A stretch of 64,000 nucleotides of DNA from Candidatus Poseidoniaceae archaeon (GCA_943788655.1 CALSRB010000005.1:258502-322501); one strand, 5' to 3'; counted from the first letter of the stretch, positions 20,703 to 30,369 are shown. The notes: a model not told the origin generated them from the letters alone. Program-made: numbers and translations.

Positions 20703-20936
20703 ATGGCGATTGGATTTGTATTAATTACCACGCAACCAGGACGAGAACACGATGTTCGTGCAACGCTTGATGGCATCGAATTTGTCACTGACCGATGGAT
20801 GTTGTTCGGTGAATACGACTTGATTGCTCGAGTTCAAGCCGATGATGAATACACCCTCACTCGCTGCATTGTCGAAGAAATTCGAGTCATCGATGGCATC
20901 GCAGACACCAAGACATTGATCGGTGCTGAACTCTGA
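20703..20936 (+). CDS. stand-alone Lrp/AsnC-type RAM domain protein, 77 aa (paralog of 20459..20692)
   Basis: Track ORF 20676..20936; start refined to ATG 20703, preceded by GGTGAG. The sequence ...VTDRWMLFGEYDLIARVQADDEYTL...IDGIADTKTLIGAEL is clearly paralogous to the upstream gene. Confidence 0.6.
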   Translation: MAIGFVLITTQPGREHDVRATLDGIEFVTDRWMLFGEYDLIARVQADDEYTLTRCIVEEIRVIDGIADTKTLIGAEL

Positions 20937-23147
20937 TCACAACAGTGAATGAAGTTGTGCCTCAAGGGCTTTTGCCGCTCGTGGGCACCCCGCTGCTCGA
21001 TGTTGTGTGATGGCTTCACGGAGCGCAATCCTTCGCATGTTGGGTTGTAGTTTCGCTTTGCATGTCCACCATCGAGCGTGCAATCGGTGAAGGGTTGCGC
21101 TGGTTGCAGTTTGTGTTGGCTCTTTGATGAGATTGAACATCTGTTTGGCCTTGATATCATCTAAGCCAATCAATTGCTCGACCAACGAAAGACGCAATGC
21201 ATCGGCCCGGATGCTGTTGGTTTGGGCTTCGATGGCCTCCTGCATACGTTCGGTATCGAGGGATGTGGCATCGCTTGGTTTGGTCGCAAAGAGAGCCGCT
21301 TTTGCCTCCATACCCAGCAAAAGTGGTTGGGCGAATCCTGCAATCCCTGCAAGCGAAGCACGAAGGCGTTCGGCTCGTTCAAAGTCATCTTCACAGAGGG
21401 CAAGAGCATGCTGAATCATAGAGAGGGCCACAAGCGTGACAGAACGCTGTTCTGGGTGGCCTTCTGGAACTTTCACCTTCGCAAGGTACTGTTTCACATC
21501 AGTGGAGAGGGAGGGGTCTACATGGTCGAAGACTCGATCATCCATTCGCCTTGAGGCAGCAGCGAGTGCCATTCGATTGATGTCGGCCTGATCGGACGAA
21601 TCCAAACCTTCTTCAATGATTTCATCCGCATCTTGGATGCGCCCTTCAAGCATGGCCAATCCAAGCGCTAAGTGGCGGGATTCTACGGAATCTTCCATCC
21701 CTTCGAGGTGGCGACGGACGTGTTCTGGCTCGCATCGCTCGATGGCCACTTTCCCTGCTAAATAATGCAAATGTGATGGCATTGTTGAAACCTTAATCGC
21801 TTGCTCAAGCAACACGGAAAAGGCGCCAGAATGAGTTTCCAACAACCGTTCCATTTCCGCATCAAGCTGCGTGTCGATGCCTTCTTCGAGGCTGGCAATT
21901 CGGTGATAGAGAAGAATAATCTGATCATCTGCTGTTTCTGCCAAACCCTCCCAGTGTTTGACTGCCGCCTTGTGCAACCTGCGCTTCGTGTCATCATCAA
22001 GAGCAGACCTGCGGACGTTGCGAACCAAATGTTGGATTTCCATTTTCTCAAGGTTCGAAGTCCAGCGCAGGAACGCATAATCATCCAATATGCCGACGAC
22101 TTCGCTGTCGAACGCTTTGCTTGCTTCGATGGGCATTGGAACCATCACGATGTGGTCAAGCCCACTCCGAGTCGAATGATCGAGGGTTGACAGAACAACA
22201 TTCTCGACATACGATTGGACATCAGCTCCCGCCTCCGGCAAGGGCGAACCTTCCTCATGGAGAAGAATGGCTAGCGGGTGACCACCGAGGCTTTCTGCGA
22301 TGTGCATCCGTTCCCCTTCCGCTATTGAGTCTCCTAAGAGCTGCGCGGCATCCTTGACTTCGAGCGAGGGGACGGCGATTCGAGGAAGAGCTTCCGGGAA
22401 TGAAAGAGGTTCACGCCCGATGAGGAGCATGTGGGCTGCTTGTGCAGCGTCAAGTTCTTTGCAAAAGGCACGGATTGAGGCAATGTGACGCTCTGGAATG
22501 AGGTGGGCATCATCGATGACGAGCACATCACCTTTGCACTTCATTGCAGCGTATTCAGCAAGAGCATGGTTGTTTTTGGGAAAGGGACCTTTGAAGCCCC
22601 ATTGATCGCAGAGGGTGTGCAAGTCGGTGAATTCACCAACCTGTGCCCAACGAACATTTGTTCCTGAATCGAGAAGGTGCTCACTGACCAGACCCCCCAC
22701 CGTTGTTTTTCCAATCCCGGGCAAACCACTCAACACCATGCAGTGTTCTTGGAGAATGCTTTCACTGACCTCGGCGGCAAGGTGATGGCGCCCGTGCACT
22801 TCCCCAAGCACTGGTAAAGCACCGAATGAATTGCCTCGAGCCGTCTTTTTCCGAACTTTTGCATCGCCGAGCGAGTCGAGTGTGTCTCGCCCCTGATCGG
22901 TGAGGTGGTAGACATGCCTTCGTCGAGAACCCCCGCCAATCACGTGTGCTTTTCGTTTGAACACGAGGCCACTGCTTTCAAGGCCACTCAACGGGGCGTT
23001 GAGTGCGCTTCGAACAACGCCAAGTGCTTCACTGATACCCGGAAGGGAGAGGTGACGGGTGACGTCCCAAGCTTTCTCCATCGCTGGTGAAAAGCCTCCG
23101 AGCCAGCGCAAAATACGCTCTTGAGGACCGGAAAGACCACCAACCAT
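20937..23147 (-). CDS. STAND/AAA-like P-loop NTPase with N-terminal winged-helix DNA-binding domain and long C-terminal alpha-helical (TPR-like) region, 736 aa
   Basis: N-terminal ~90 aa wHTH-like (ISEALGVVRSALNAPLSGLESSGLV...RRRHVYHLTDQG). Walker A LSGLPGIGKTTVGG and Walker B GDVLVIDDAHL. The remaining ~450 aa are Leu/Ala/Glu-rich helical repeats. Confidence 0.7.
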   Translation of the reverse strand: MVGGLSGPQERILRWLGGFSPAMEKAWDVTRHLSLPGISEALGVVRSALNAPLSGLESSGLVFKRKAHVIGGGSRRRHVYHLTDQGRDTLDSLGDAKVRKKTARGNSFGALPVLGEVHGRHHLAAEVSESILQEHCMVLSGLPGIGKTTVGGLVSEHLLDSGTNVRWAQVGEFTDLHTLCDQWGFKGPFPKNNHALAEYAAMKCKGDVLVIDDAHLIPERHIASIRAFCKELDAAQAAHMLLIGREPLSFPEALPRIAVPSLEVKDAAQLLGDSIAEGERMHIAESLGGHPLAILLHEEGSPLPEAGADVQSYVENVVLSTLDHSTRSGLDHIVMVPMPIEASKAFDSEVVGILDDYAFLRWTSNLEKMEIQHLVRNVRRSALDDDTKRRLHKAAVKHWEGLAETADDQIILLYHRIASLEEGIDTQLDAEMERLLETHSGAFSVLLEQAIKVSTMPSHLHYLAGKVAIERCEPEHVRRHLEGMEDSVESRHLALGLAMLEGRIQDADEIIEEGLDSSDQADINRMALAAASRRMDDRVFDHVDPSLSTDVKQYLAKVKVPEGHPEQRSVTLVALSMIQHALALCEDDFERAERLRASLAGIAGFAQPLLLGMEAKAALFATKPSDATSLDTERMQEAIEAQTNSIRADALRLSLVEQLIGLDDIKAKQMFNLIKEPTQTATSATLHRLHARWWTCKAKLQPNMRRIALREAITQHRAAGCPRAAKALEAQLHSLL

Positions 23148-23247
23148 GCTCTACCGAAGCACAGGCTCCTTTCTAACCACCGCTTTTGTTGCATCACCTC
23201 CGCCAACCAAGGGTTTCCTTTTTTGGGGGCGGCGGGAAGGAAAGGGC

Positions 23248-24975
23248 ATGCCTGTCACCCTCGCTTCGGTGGATTTCCCCAAGCGACCGGGGGTGTATCT
23301 CTTCAAAACCAACAAAGGGCGTGTTCTGTATGTTGGAAAGGCGACGAAGCTGAATGAGCGAATCCGTTCCTACTTTGCACACACGCCTGACCGGCAAATG
23401 ATTCCCGAACTTGTGCGCAGATCCGATGACATCGAATGCATTGTGACCAATTCTCCTGAAGAGGCGCTCATCCTCGAACGTCAGTTGATTCGACAACACA
23501 AGCCGCGCTACAATTCAATGCTCAAGGATGACAAATCCTACCCATTCTTGGTGTTGACAAAAGAAGAAATTCCACGCATTATGTACACCCGCCACCCGCC
23601 CAAAGGCAGCCTGCGATGGGGACCTTTTCCCAATGCTGGTGCGGCAAAACAAGTCATGCAACTCCTTCGAAGGCAATTTGGAATCCGTGATTGCAAAGAG
23701 TTGCTCCCCCAAGGCTGCCTCTCAATGCACATTGGCCTCTGTGCAGGACCCTGCATCGATGCCACTGGCTATGCAGAACGGGTCAACACCGCCCGACGAG
23801 TCCTCAACGGCGACGCAGTGGCATTGCTTGAGGAACTCGCCAGCGAAATGGATGCCGCCTCTGAAGCGATGAAGTTCGAACAAGCCGCTGCCCACCGAGA
23901 TACCATTCGCGCTGTTCGGGCGACAACAGGCCAGCATGTTGTCTCAAGTAAGGTGTATCGAGACTGCGATGCGATTGGAATTGTGGCACAAGGCGAGATG
24001 GCAGCTGTCGTGATCATGCATGCCGATCAAGGGGTCGTGAAGGGCCAGGAAGTGTGGCCTATGGTCCACCGCGGCGATTTGGGTGAAACAGTTGCAAATT
24101 TCGTGGCCGAGCATTATGCCAACCGCCGCCCACCACGCTTGCTGCTCACACCAACACCACTCTTGGACGGTGTTGAGGAGTGGCTTTGCAGCCGTCGAGA
24201 AGCAAAGGTCGAGGTCAGAACACCGCTGAGAGGCGATTTGGTGACATTGTTGACCCTTGCTCGTCAAAACGCAGATATTCAGATGACGCGATTGGCCAAC
24301 GCAACGAGTGGCTCGCTTGAACAGCGGGCAGCGAACGAAGGGGCTGCCGTGTTAGGCATGGAGCAACTAAACCACATCGTTTGTTTCGACATGGCGCAAT
24401 TGCTTGGGGATGAACGGGTGGGTGCAAGTGTGACGCTCCGCAATGGCCGACCTGCCAAGAAAGAGTACCGAACGTACATCGTCAAGACCGACGCCATGGA
24501 TGACCTACGAATGATGAGGGAAGTTGTTGAACGCTGGCTAAAACGACAAGATACATGGCCCGACCTGTTGTTGATCGATGGAGGTGAAACACATCTCTCA
24601 ACCATCTCGGCGCTTCTTGAGGAACACGGTGTGCTTGGTGAGTTTGGCCTTGCGGCGCTGGCCAAGCGGGAAGAAACGATTTACAGAAATGGCCACGAAC
24701 CAATCGTACTTGACCGAAAGGGTCGAGTCATGGTCCACGCTCGTGATGAAGCACATCGATTTGTCAACACCTATCACCGAAAACGTCGAGGCAAAAGCAG
24801 AATGGCCGATCCGCTCCAAGGTGTGGAAGGACTTGGTGCAAAAAAAATGCAGAACTTATTACGGCATTTTGGCGGCCGGCAAGGCATTCAGCATGCTTCA
24901 GCGGATAACCTCACGACCGTGCCCGGCATCGGTCCAGCGCTTGCGCAACGCATCTATGATGCACTGCATAACTGA
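23248..24975 (+). CDS. uvrC: excinuclease ABC subunit C
   Basis: Track ORF 23146..24975; start refined to ATG 23248 (MPVTLASVDFPKRPGVYLF...VLYVGKATKLNERIRSYF, the GIY-YIG motif). C-terminal HhH region present (TTVPGIGPALAQRIYDAL). Confidence 0.9.
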   Translation: MPVTLASVDFPKRPGVYLFKTNKGRVLYVGKATKLNERIRSYFAHTPDRQMIPELVRRSDDIECIVTNSPEEALILERQLIRQHKPRYNSMLKDDKSYPFLVLTKEEIPRIMYTRHPPKGSLRWGPFPNAGAAKQVMQLLRRQFGIRDCKELLPQGCLSMHIGLCAGPCIDATGYAERVNTARRVLNGDAVALLEELASEMDAASEAMKFEQAAAHRDTIRAVRATTGQHVVSSKVYRDCDAIGIVAQGEMAAVVIMHADQGVVKGQEVWPMVHRGDLGETVANFVAEHYANRRPPRLLLTPTPLLDGVEEWLCSRREAKVEVRTPLRGDLVTLLTLARQNADIQMTRLANATSGSLEQRAANEGAAVLGMEQLNHIVCFDMAQLLGDERVGASVTLRNGRPAKKEYRTYIVKTDAMDDLRMMREVVERWLKRQDTWPDLLLIDGGETHLSTISALLEEHGVLGEFGLAALAKREETIYRNGHEPIVLDRKGRVMVHARDEAHRFVNTYHRKRRGKSRMADPLQGVEGLGAKKMQNLLRHFGGRQGIQHASADNLTTVPGIGPALAQRIYDALHN

Positions 24976-27900
24976 TCATTCAAATCGATCGTCGCCAAGG
25001 TCTTGGAGAAGGGTGTCATCGAACGATGGTACCGTTGTTTCCATAGGGAGATCCATTGGAGGAATTGGCGGTGTGGCATCATTGTTGAAATCCCTCAGTT
25101 CATCTAACTCGCCATGAAGAGCCGTGCTTGTAAAACCAGAAAGGTCAGCGAATTCATCGTTCCCGATTTGCGGTTTGGATGCAATCGCTGCTGCCTTTCG
25201 TGCTCGCTTCTTCTTTCGTTTTCTTCGGCGGCGGCGGACAAAGAGCAAGAGAAGAATGACGAGGATGGCAGGGTACTTCCAGAATTGAACAAAGAAGTAC
25301 ATCCACGAGAAATGAAGTTGGAAGGAGATTGTGTCATCAACATCACCTGCAGGTAGGGTGTAGGTGATTTCCTGGCGACCATCAACGGATCGAACCACAA
25401 TGTTGCCTTGAGTCGACTCCAGATTCTCCAATGTAATCCCCGGGGGCATGAGAAGGGTTAGCGGCCCATTCAAGGGCAATTCAAATTCAGGAACGAGGGT
25501 GCTGTTGAAGTCGAGACGATACGAGAGTGTATCGGTTGAGTCACCCCCATTCGGAAGCGTGACGCCACCCCATCCGACGATCCCGTTGGTGAGCATGCCC
25601 GTGATGCTCTGCATCATCATGGACATTGGTTCAACGAAAGTCGAGCGCATTGTGTCGGTAATCAGACTGATTTGAAGACCATCTACATCGCCGCCAAACA
25701 CTCGCCCCCAATCGCCATCGAGTTGCAATTTGAACGTGACTTTCGGGATGGTTAAGGTCAAACTTAGCGGTTCCTCATCGCTAACAATCAGGTCCGGAGC
25801 ACCAACGCCTTTGAGCCGGGTTTTGACTTCGAAATCCGTGATATCAACCGACTTGAAATTCAATTCTTCTTGATCCATTAGCCTCGCTGCTGCCTCGTGT
25901 GTGAACTGAGTAAACAATTCACCAACACGCTTGACAAAGGCCGTCAAGCCATCGGAGGTGAATACGAGGGTAAGGTTCTCGTTACAGACACTGTAATTGA
26001 AATCACACACAGACCCAAGAATGTCGCTGAGGTTATATGTCCGGTTTATCGGGTTCTCAACGCGACTTGCGATATCAAGGGCCAACCGAACAAGGTCAGA
26101 AGGCAACACCTCCATTGTTATGCTGTGGTCATCTGTGGAGGGGATGTACTCCTGTGGAATCATAATTCGATGTACAGACACATCAGCATCCAGACCTAAT
26201 TCGACAGACAGCGTTTGGGTGAATTCATTGATGTCAATTGAACTTGCGTCCATTTCGAGCGCCGTCGTGACGCAAGTTCGTTGCGTCGTCTGACATTTCA
26301 CATTTTGATAATCATCGCGCACCACTTGGCGCCAATCGTATGGATTTGTTCCAGCGAACGAGATGACATTACTGTCGTTCTCCCCGATGGTCTCCTTGAG
26401 AATAAGGCGATCGTTCCCCTCGGCCGTGCGGACCCAAGTCGGAAGAATGATTTCCAATGTCACTTCTGAAGGGGGTAGGTTCGAAGGTACAATACCTGAG
26501 AGGAAGTCATCACTGAGGGTGGTTCTAAGGGACAAACCAGCATTCAGCACACGTTCAAAATCATCCTCTGTGAGAACGTTAATGAATTCCGCTAATGTTT
26601 CGTCGTCATTGTTTTCTGAGATAATATCCAGAAGACGCATTGAGAATGGTTGGCTTGTCGTGGTGAGGTACACCGGATGGTTTGTACCCATGGCATCTTC
26701 GCCTTCAACACAGAAGCGGAGTTCAACACCCGCTGGTGCAACTTCCGAGCACCCAGTTGAGTGAGAATAATTTAGGCCACCAGAGAGCTGTGTTCCAACC
26801 GCTTCTTGAGTGGAAACCCACGTCAGGTCGTTCATTTCAATCGTTTCGATGCCGGCAACTGCAGAGGATACACCTTCAGCAATCACGTCAACAGGGAATT
26901 GTGAGGTGAAGTTGTCCAAGTCAACAAGGCCGTTGTGGTAGGCCAAACGAATGCCATCTGCGGTCACAACCGGCACCGTTGCTCGCTCAGCCACCGAAAT
27001 CAGTGATACGCCCCAATCGTCCATTGTGGCTTGGTCAAGGTAGTGCATACCGGCTGTAAAACCGAGGGTTGCTGCGGATTCGTCTTCAATATCAAGGGTG
27101 ATGTGAAGATCCAATGCTTTGGAGCCCGAGGGCACATCCACCGTGCTCGTACCGGTTCGGTTACGATGCTTGAGCGTCAATTCAACCCCCTGACTTAGGT
27201 CGCTGTCTGTGGGTTGAGCAAGGCGATGGTCGAGCGTCCAAGAACTGGAATTGTACGGCGATGCACCTGTGTGCTCAATCAGCGTACCTGATGCGTCAAC
27301 AGCATCAATGGTGGCATAACTCGGTGGATTCACTGTGTAGGTCGCAAGATGCCCAGGGCGAGCCACGAAATCGAATGTCGAAGTGATTTCTGTGCCCATG
27401 ACCAAGAGTCCTTGGTAGGCTCGTTCAAGGTCCAGGTCCGGGTTTGGCAGTAAATTGAACGTCGATTGATCGAGTTGAATGAGCGCTGAAGTCGAAATGC
27501 AAATTGGTGGATTGAAGACATCGTTCTGTGAAGCACCTTCTTCTGCTGCGTCCGATGTGGGGTCAATCGAACAAGCAGTTGTTGTCGTACCCTCAATGTA
27601 TTGGTTGGAGTAATCTGTCGTGACTGCGACTTCGCCGAAACTGGATTCAAGGGAATCCTCAATGGCGTTGGAAAGTTCAATCTTCAACTTCGAGCCGACC
27701 GTTGGTGAGCCGGAGCCAGCGGTTTCTTGGTCGAAATAATTGCGGATGAAATCTGCCGGCGCACCGTCGTCTTCATCCAGGCCGTCGTTTGCAAGAGCGC
27801 TTGTGATGAACGGATCGGTGAAGCCAAGTGCTTCACGGTCGAACTCACGAATGGCCCATTGCAACTCCAATTGTATTTGTTCAGTACCGAGCATTGTGAA

Positions 27901-28122
27901 CTCATAGGTGCCTTCAATCCAATCCTGCATGTTCGGTGTTCCATCGTCTGAATCGTCGTACGTATCACAGATTCCATCAACGGCAACCCCGGGATCCTTG
28001 TCACACGATGCCATACCAGCTGCCGCAGCCATGGGGGCAAAGATCGAGACGGCCATCAAAGCAATCAGCACGTGGGCGAGGGCTTGCTGACGAAGGTTCG
28101 ACAAAACAGTGTGCTCGCTCAT
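24976..28122 (-). CDS. giant type-I membrane surface protein (1048 aa), beta-rich ectodomain of unknown fold, C-terminal TM plus basic then acidic cytoplasmic tail
   Basis: N-terminal signal-like VLIALMAVSIFAPMAAAAGMAS. C-terminal TM YPAILVILLLLFV is followed by RRRRRKRKKKRARK and then an acidic tail ending ...LLQDLGDDRFE. The stop abuts the uvrC stop (convergent). Confidence 0.7.
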   Translation of the reverse strand: MSEHTVLSNLRQQALAHVLIALMAVSIFAPMAAAAGMASCDKDPGVAVDGICDTYDDSDDGTPNMQDWIEGTYEFTMLGTEQIQLELQWAIREFDREALGFTDPFITSALANDGLDEDDGAPADFIRNYFDQETAGSGSPTVGSKLKIELSNAIEDSLESSFGEVAVTTDYSNQYIEGTTTTACSIDPTSDAAEEGASQNDVFNPPICISTSALIQLDQSTFNLLPNPDLDLERAYQGLLVMGTEITSTFDFVARPGHLATYTVNPPSYATIDAVDASGTLIEHTGASPYNSSSWTLDHRLAQPTDSDLSQGVELTLKHRNRTGTSTVDVPSGSKALDLHITLDIEDESAATLGFTAGMHYLDQATMDDWGVSLISVAERATVPVVTADGIRLAYHNGLVDLDNFTSQFPVDVIAEGVSSAVAGIETIEMNDLTWVSTQEAVGTQLSGGLNYSHSTGCSEVAPAGVELRFCVEGEDAMGTNHPVYLTTTSQPFSMRLLDIISENNDDETLAEFINVLTEDDFERVLNAGLSLRTTLSDDFLSGIVPSNLPPSEVTLEIILPTWVRTAEGNDRLILKETIGENDSNVISFAGTNPYDWRQVVRDDYQNVKCQTTQRTCVTTALEMDASSIDINEFTQTLSVELGLDADVSVHRIMIPQEYIPSTDDHSITMEVLPSDLVRLALDIASRVENPINRTYNLSDILGSVCDFNYSVCNENLTLVFTSDGLTAFVKRVGELFTQFTHEAAARLMDQEELNFKSVDITDFEVKTRLKGVGAPDLIVSDEEPLSLTLTIPKVTFKLQLDGDWGRVFGGDVDGLQISLITDTMRSTFVEPMSMMMQSITGMLTNGIVGWGGVTLPNGGDSTDTLSYRLDFNSTLVPEFELPLNGPLTLLMPPGITLENLESTQGNIVVRSVDGRQEITYTLPAGDVDDTISFQLHFSWMYFFVQFWKYPAILVILLLLFVRRRRRKRKKKRARKAAAIASKPQIGNDEFADLSGFTSTALHGELDELRDFNNDATPPIPPMDLPMETTVPSFDDTLLQDLGDDRFE

Positions 28123-28173
28123 ACTGTCTGCTTGTCACGCCACATTCATAGGCGTTCCCCCCTTGTTGCAAGC

Positions 28174-29355
28174 ATGAGTGGTTCAAGCGACCAAGCCCCC
28201 GTGCAAGTGGTGGTTTGGACCGCAAAAGAACATGCTACGAGTCTTCATGCAGCCTTGAAGGCTCTTGGCTGGCATTACCCTTTTGCACAATCCAAAGTGA
28301 ACAAGGAAGGCGAAGTTGGCTTTCCATGCCTCCAAACAGAGCCTTTCTCCAAAGAGGAATTGAGGGCTTTGGAACTGAAGGCAACCGACCCGTTTACGTT
28401 CAACCTTCAATCCATTGAAATCACAGGGCGCTCGGTGAATCCTCATGAGCAACTCAAACGCACCCTTGAGGTGTGGTGCGCTCACAACTTCACCTCGAAT
28501 CATCGGCCAACAGGGCTTCAACTTCCGACGAAATGGGAACGATTGGGAGACCTCGTCATCCTTTCAGAAGAAGCGTTCAACTCGGTGCAATGGAACGAAG
28601 TCTTGAACCGTGTGAACGAGGCTGAGAAAACCAATCTTTGGCAAGCCATTGCGCAGTCGCTTGGTGGAACAAAGCTGGCGAGGCAAGCCCAAATTCTCGA
28701 CAACATCACCCGAAGTCCGCAGGTATGTTTGCTGCATGGCGATTCAGCATGGGTTGAGTTTTCCGATTACGGTGTTCAGTTTGGCTTTGATGCCGAACAC
28801 GTGATGTTTTCCTCTGGCAATGTCACTGAGCGTCATCGAATCGGATCAATGGATATGTCGGATGAAATAATTGTTGATGCCTACGCTGGCACAGGGTACT
28901 ACACGCTTCCTATGTTGGTTCGAAGCAACGCTGCCCATGTGCATGCTTGTGAGTTGAACCCTGCTTCAATTACAGGACTGCGATGGGGGGCGAACGCCAA
29001 TGGAGTTGAACAAAAACTCACCGTCCACCAAGGGAATAACCAGGACACGCTTCCGTCTTTGAAGGGATTGGCCGATCGATGCCACCTTGGCCTTTTGCCC
29101 AGTTCAGAAGGTGTTTGGGCACACGCACTTGCATGCCTCAAACCGACCGGTGGGATGCTTCACATTCACATGAACGTGGAAAAGGAACGCATCGAAGAAT
29201 GGCGTGCCGATACCATTGCCACGCTGGAGATGATGGCAGAGGAGGCTGGCCGTTCATGGAACATCACAAGTGTACACGTCGAACATGTCAAATCATTTTC
29301 GCCCGGCGTCATTCATGTCGTGCTTGACGTGCTGTGCAGCGTGCGCGTCGAATGA
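28174..29355 (+). CDS. class-I SAM-dependent methyltransferase of the Trm5/Tyw2 (Met-10+) family, possible tRNA wyosine-pathway enzyme with N-terminal extension
   Basis: Track ORF 28072..29355; start refined to ATG 28174 (MSGSSDQAPVQVVVW). C-terminal domain IIVDAYAGTGYYTLPMLVRSNAAHVHACELNP resembles the Trm5/Tyw2 SAM-binding motif I (D-x-F/Y-A-G-x-G). Confidence 0.5.
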   Translation: MSGSSDQAPVQVVVWTAKEHATSLHAALKALGWHYPFAQSKVNKEGEVGFPCLQTEPFSKEELRALELKATDPFTFNLQSIEITGRSVNPHEQLKRTLEVWCAHNFTSNHRPTGLQLPTKWERLGDLVILSEEAFNSVQWNEVLNRVNEAEKTNLWQAIAQSLGGTKLARQAQILDNITRSPQVCLLHGDSAWVEFSDYGVQFGFDAEHVMFSSGNVTERHRIGSMDMSDEIIVDAYAGTGYYTLPMLVRSNAAHVHACELNPASITGLRWGANANGVEQKLTVHQGNNQDTLPSLKGLADRCHLGLLPSSEGVWAHALACLKPTGGMLHIHMNVEKERIEEWRADTIATLEMMAEEAGRSWNITSVHVEHVKSFSPGVIHVVLDVLCSVRVE

Positions 29356-29361
29356 GGTGCA

Positions 29362-30369
29362 TCAAGCGCCCGGGTCATCCAACAACACCGCGTCAAAGGT
29401 TGGCTTTGGTTCGTCTTGTTCAATGCCGAGCGGTGGATCGATTCGAGCGACGTAGAAGACAGCGAAACAGACCCCTCCCAATGCTAAGAACGAACCAAGG
29501 CTCAAGCCGATGACGCCAAAGGCCCCACTCAGACTTGAAAACCAAGTGGTGCTGTCCTCGTTGACAACTTCGCCCGACCGGAGGGTGCCGTCTGGATCGG
29601 ACACACCAATCATGCGAACGCTGATGATTTCAGCCTCATAGGTCGGTCGTCCAGCAGAAGAGGCAGGATTCTGAACAATTTCTTCGCCGGTTGGATCATC
29701 TGACGTTGGTGTGAGCGCAATAGCACGAACGTGACTCATACCATTTCGGACAATTCCAAAGGTTGCATAGCCCTCATCATCCCTGTTCTCAGGGTCAAGA
29801 TTGTGCGCTTCGGTCTCAGCGATGTACCACTGAGCATCCGCAGAGTCTGGGTCTTGACTGCGAGCCATTCCTATAGCACCATCGACATGGGAAAGATTTG
29901 GATCTATTTCCAGAGGAATGGTCTCCCCCGTGCCACCGCTGCCACATTGTGGGCTGGTGAGTGGATAAGCACCGATCTTGGAACAGGTTGGATCGCCGCC
30001 TTGGACAACGAAATCATCGATCACACGGTGGAAGAAAATTCCGTCATAAATTCCGTTCTCGACGTTCTTGACCATGTTCTCTGTCGTGATTGGAGCCCAT
30101 TGCTCAAACAGTTCAATCACAATAACTCCGTAGGCGCGGGAATTAAAGTGAGCGGGAACATAGGAAACTTCGAGTTCGACTATGGCGTTGCCTTGGTAGG
30201 TGAGTTTCATTGGCGTGTCTTCCGGTTCGGGTCCGTCAGTCCACATGGTTGGGTCAATGCCAACCGTGCGCCATCCACTGTTGCCAGTCTCTGCACTGGC
30301 CATTGGTGCAATGGTCATTGTCATGCATAACAGATTGAGGATGAGCAAGCAGGCAACCCGTCCTTTCAT
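29362..30369 (-). CDS. secreted cyclophilin-type peptidyl-prolyl cis-trans isomerase, membrane-anchored by a C-terminal TM
   Basis: Track ORF 29362..30471; start refined to ATG 30369 (MKGRVACLLILNLLCMTMTIAPMASA signal). Cyclophilin core VIVIELFEQWAPITTENMVKNV...IFFHRVIDDFVVQGGDPT. C-terminal TM AFGVIGLSLGSFLALGGVCFAVFYV plus short tail ...FDAVLLDDPGA. Confidence 0.8.
   Translation of the reverse strand: MKGRVACLLILNLLCMTMTIAPMASAETGNSGWRTVGIDPTMWTDGPEPEDTPMKLTYQGNAIVELEVSYVPAHFNSRAYGVIVIELFEQWAPITTENMVKNVENGIYDGIFFHRVIDDFVVQGGDPTCSKIGAYPLTSPQCGSGGTGETIPLEIDPNLSHVDGAIGMARSQDPDSADAQWYIAETEAHNLDPENRDDEGYATFGIVRNGMSHVRAIALTPTSDDPTGEEIVQNPASSAGRPTYEAEIISVRMIGVSDPDGTLRSGEVVNEDSTTWFSSLSGAFGVIGLSLGSFLALGGVCFAVFYVARIDPPLGIEQDEPKPTFDAVLLDDPGA

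Noticed and set aside
21124-22190. Plus-strand ORFs (21124..21414, 21174..21554, 21801..22190) antisense to the STAND NTPase gene
   Set aside because: Nested antisense ORFs without motifs; the minus-strand gene has Walker A/B motifs and continuous domain structure.
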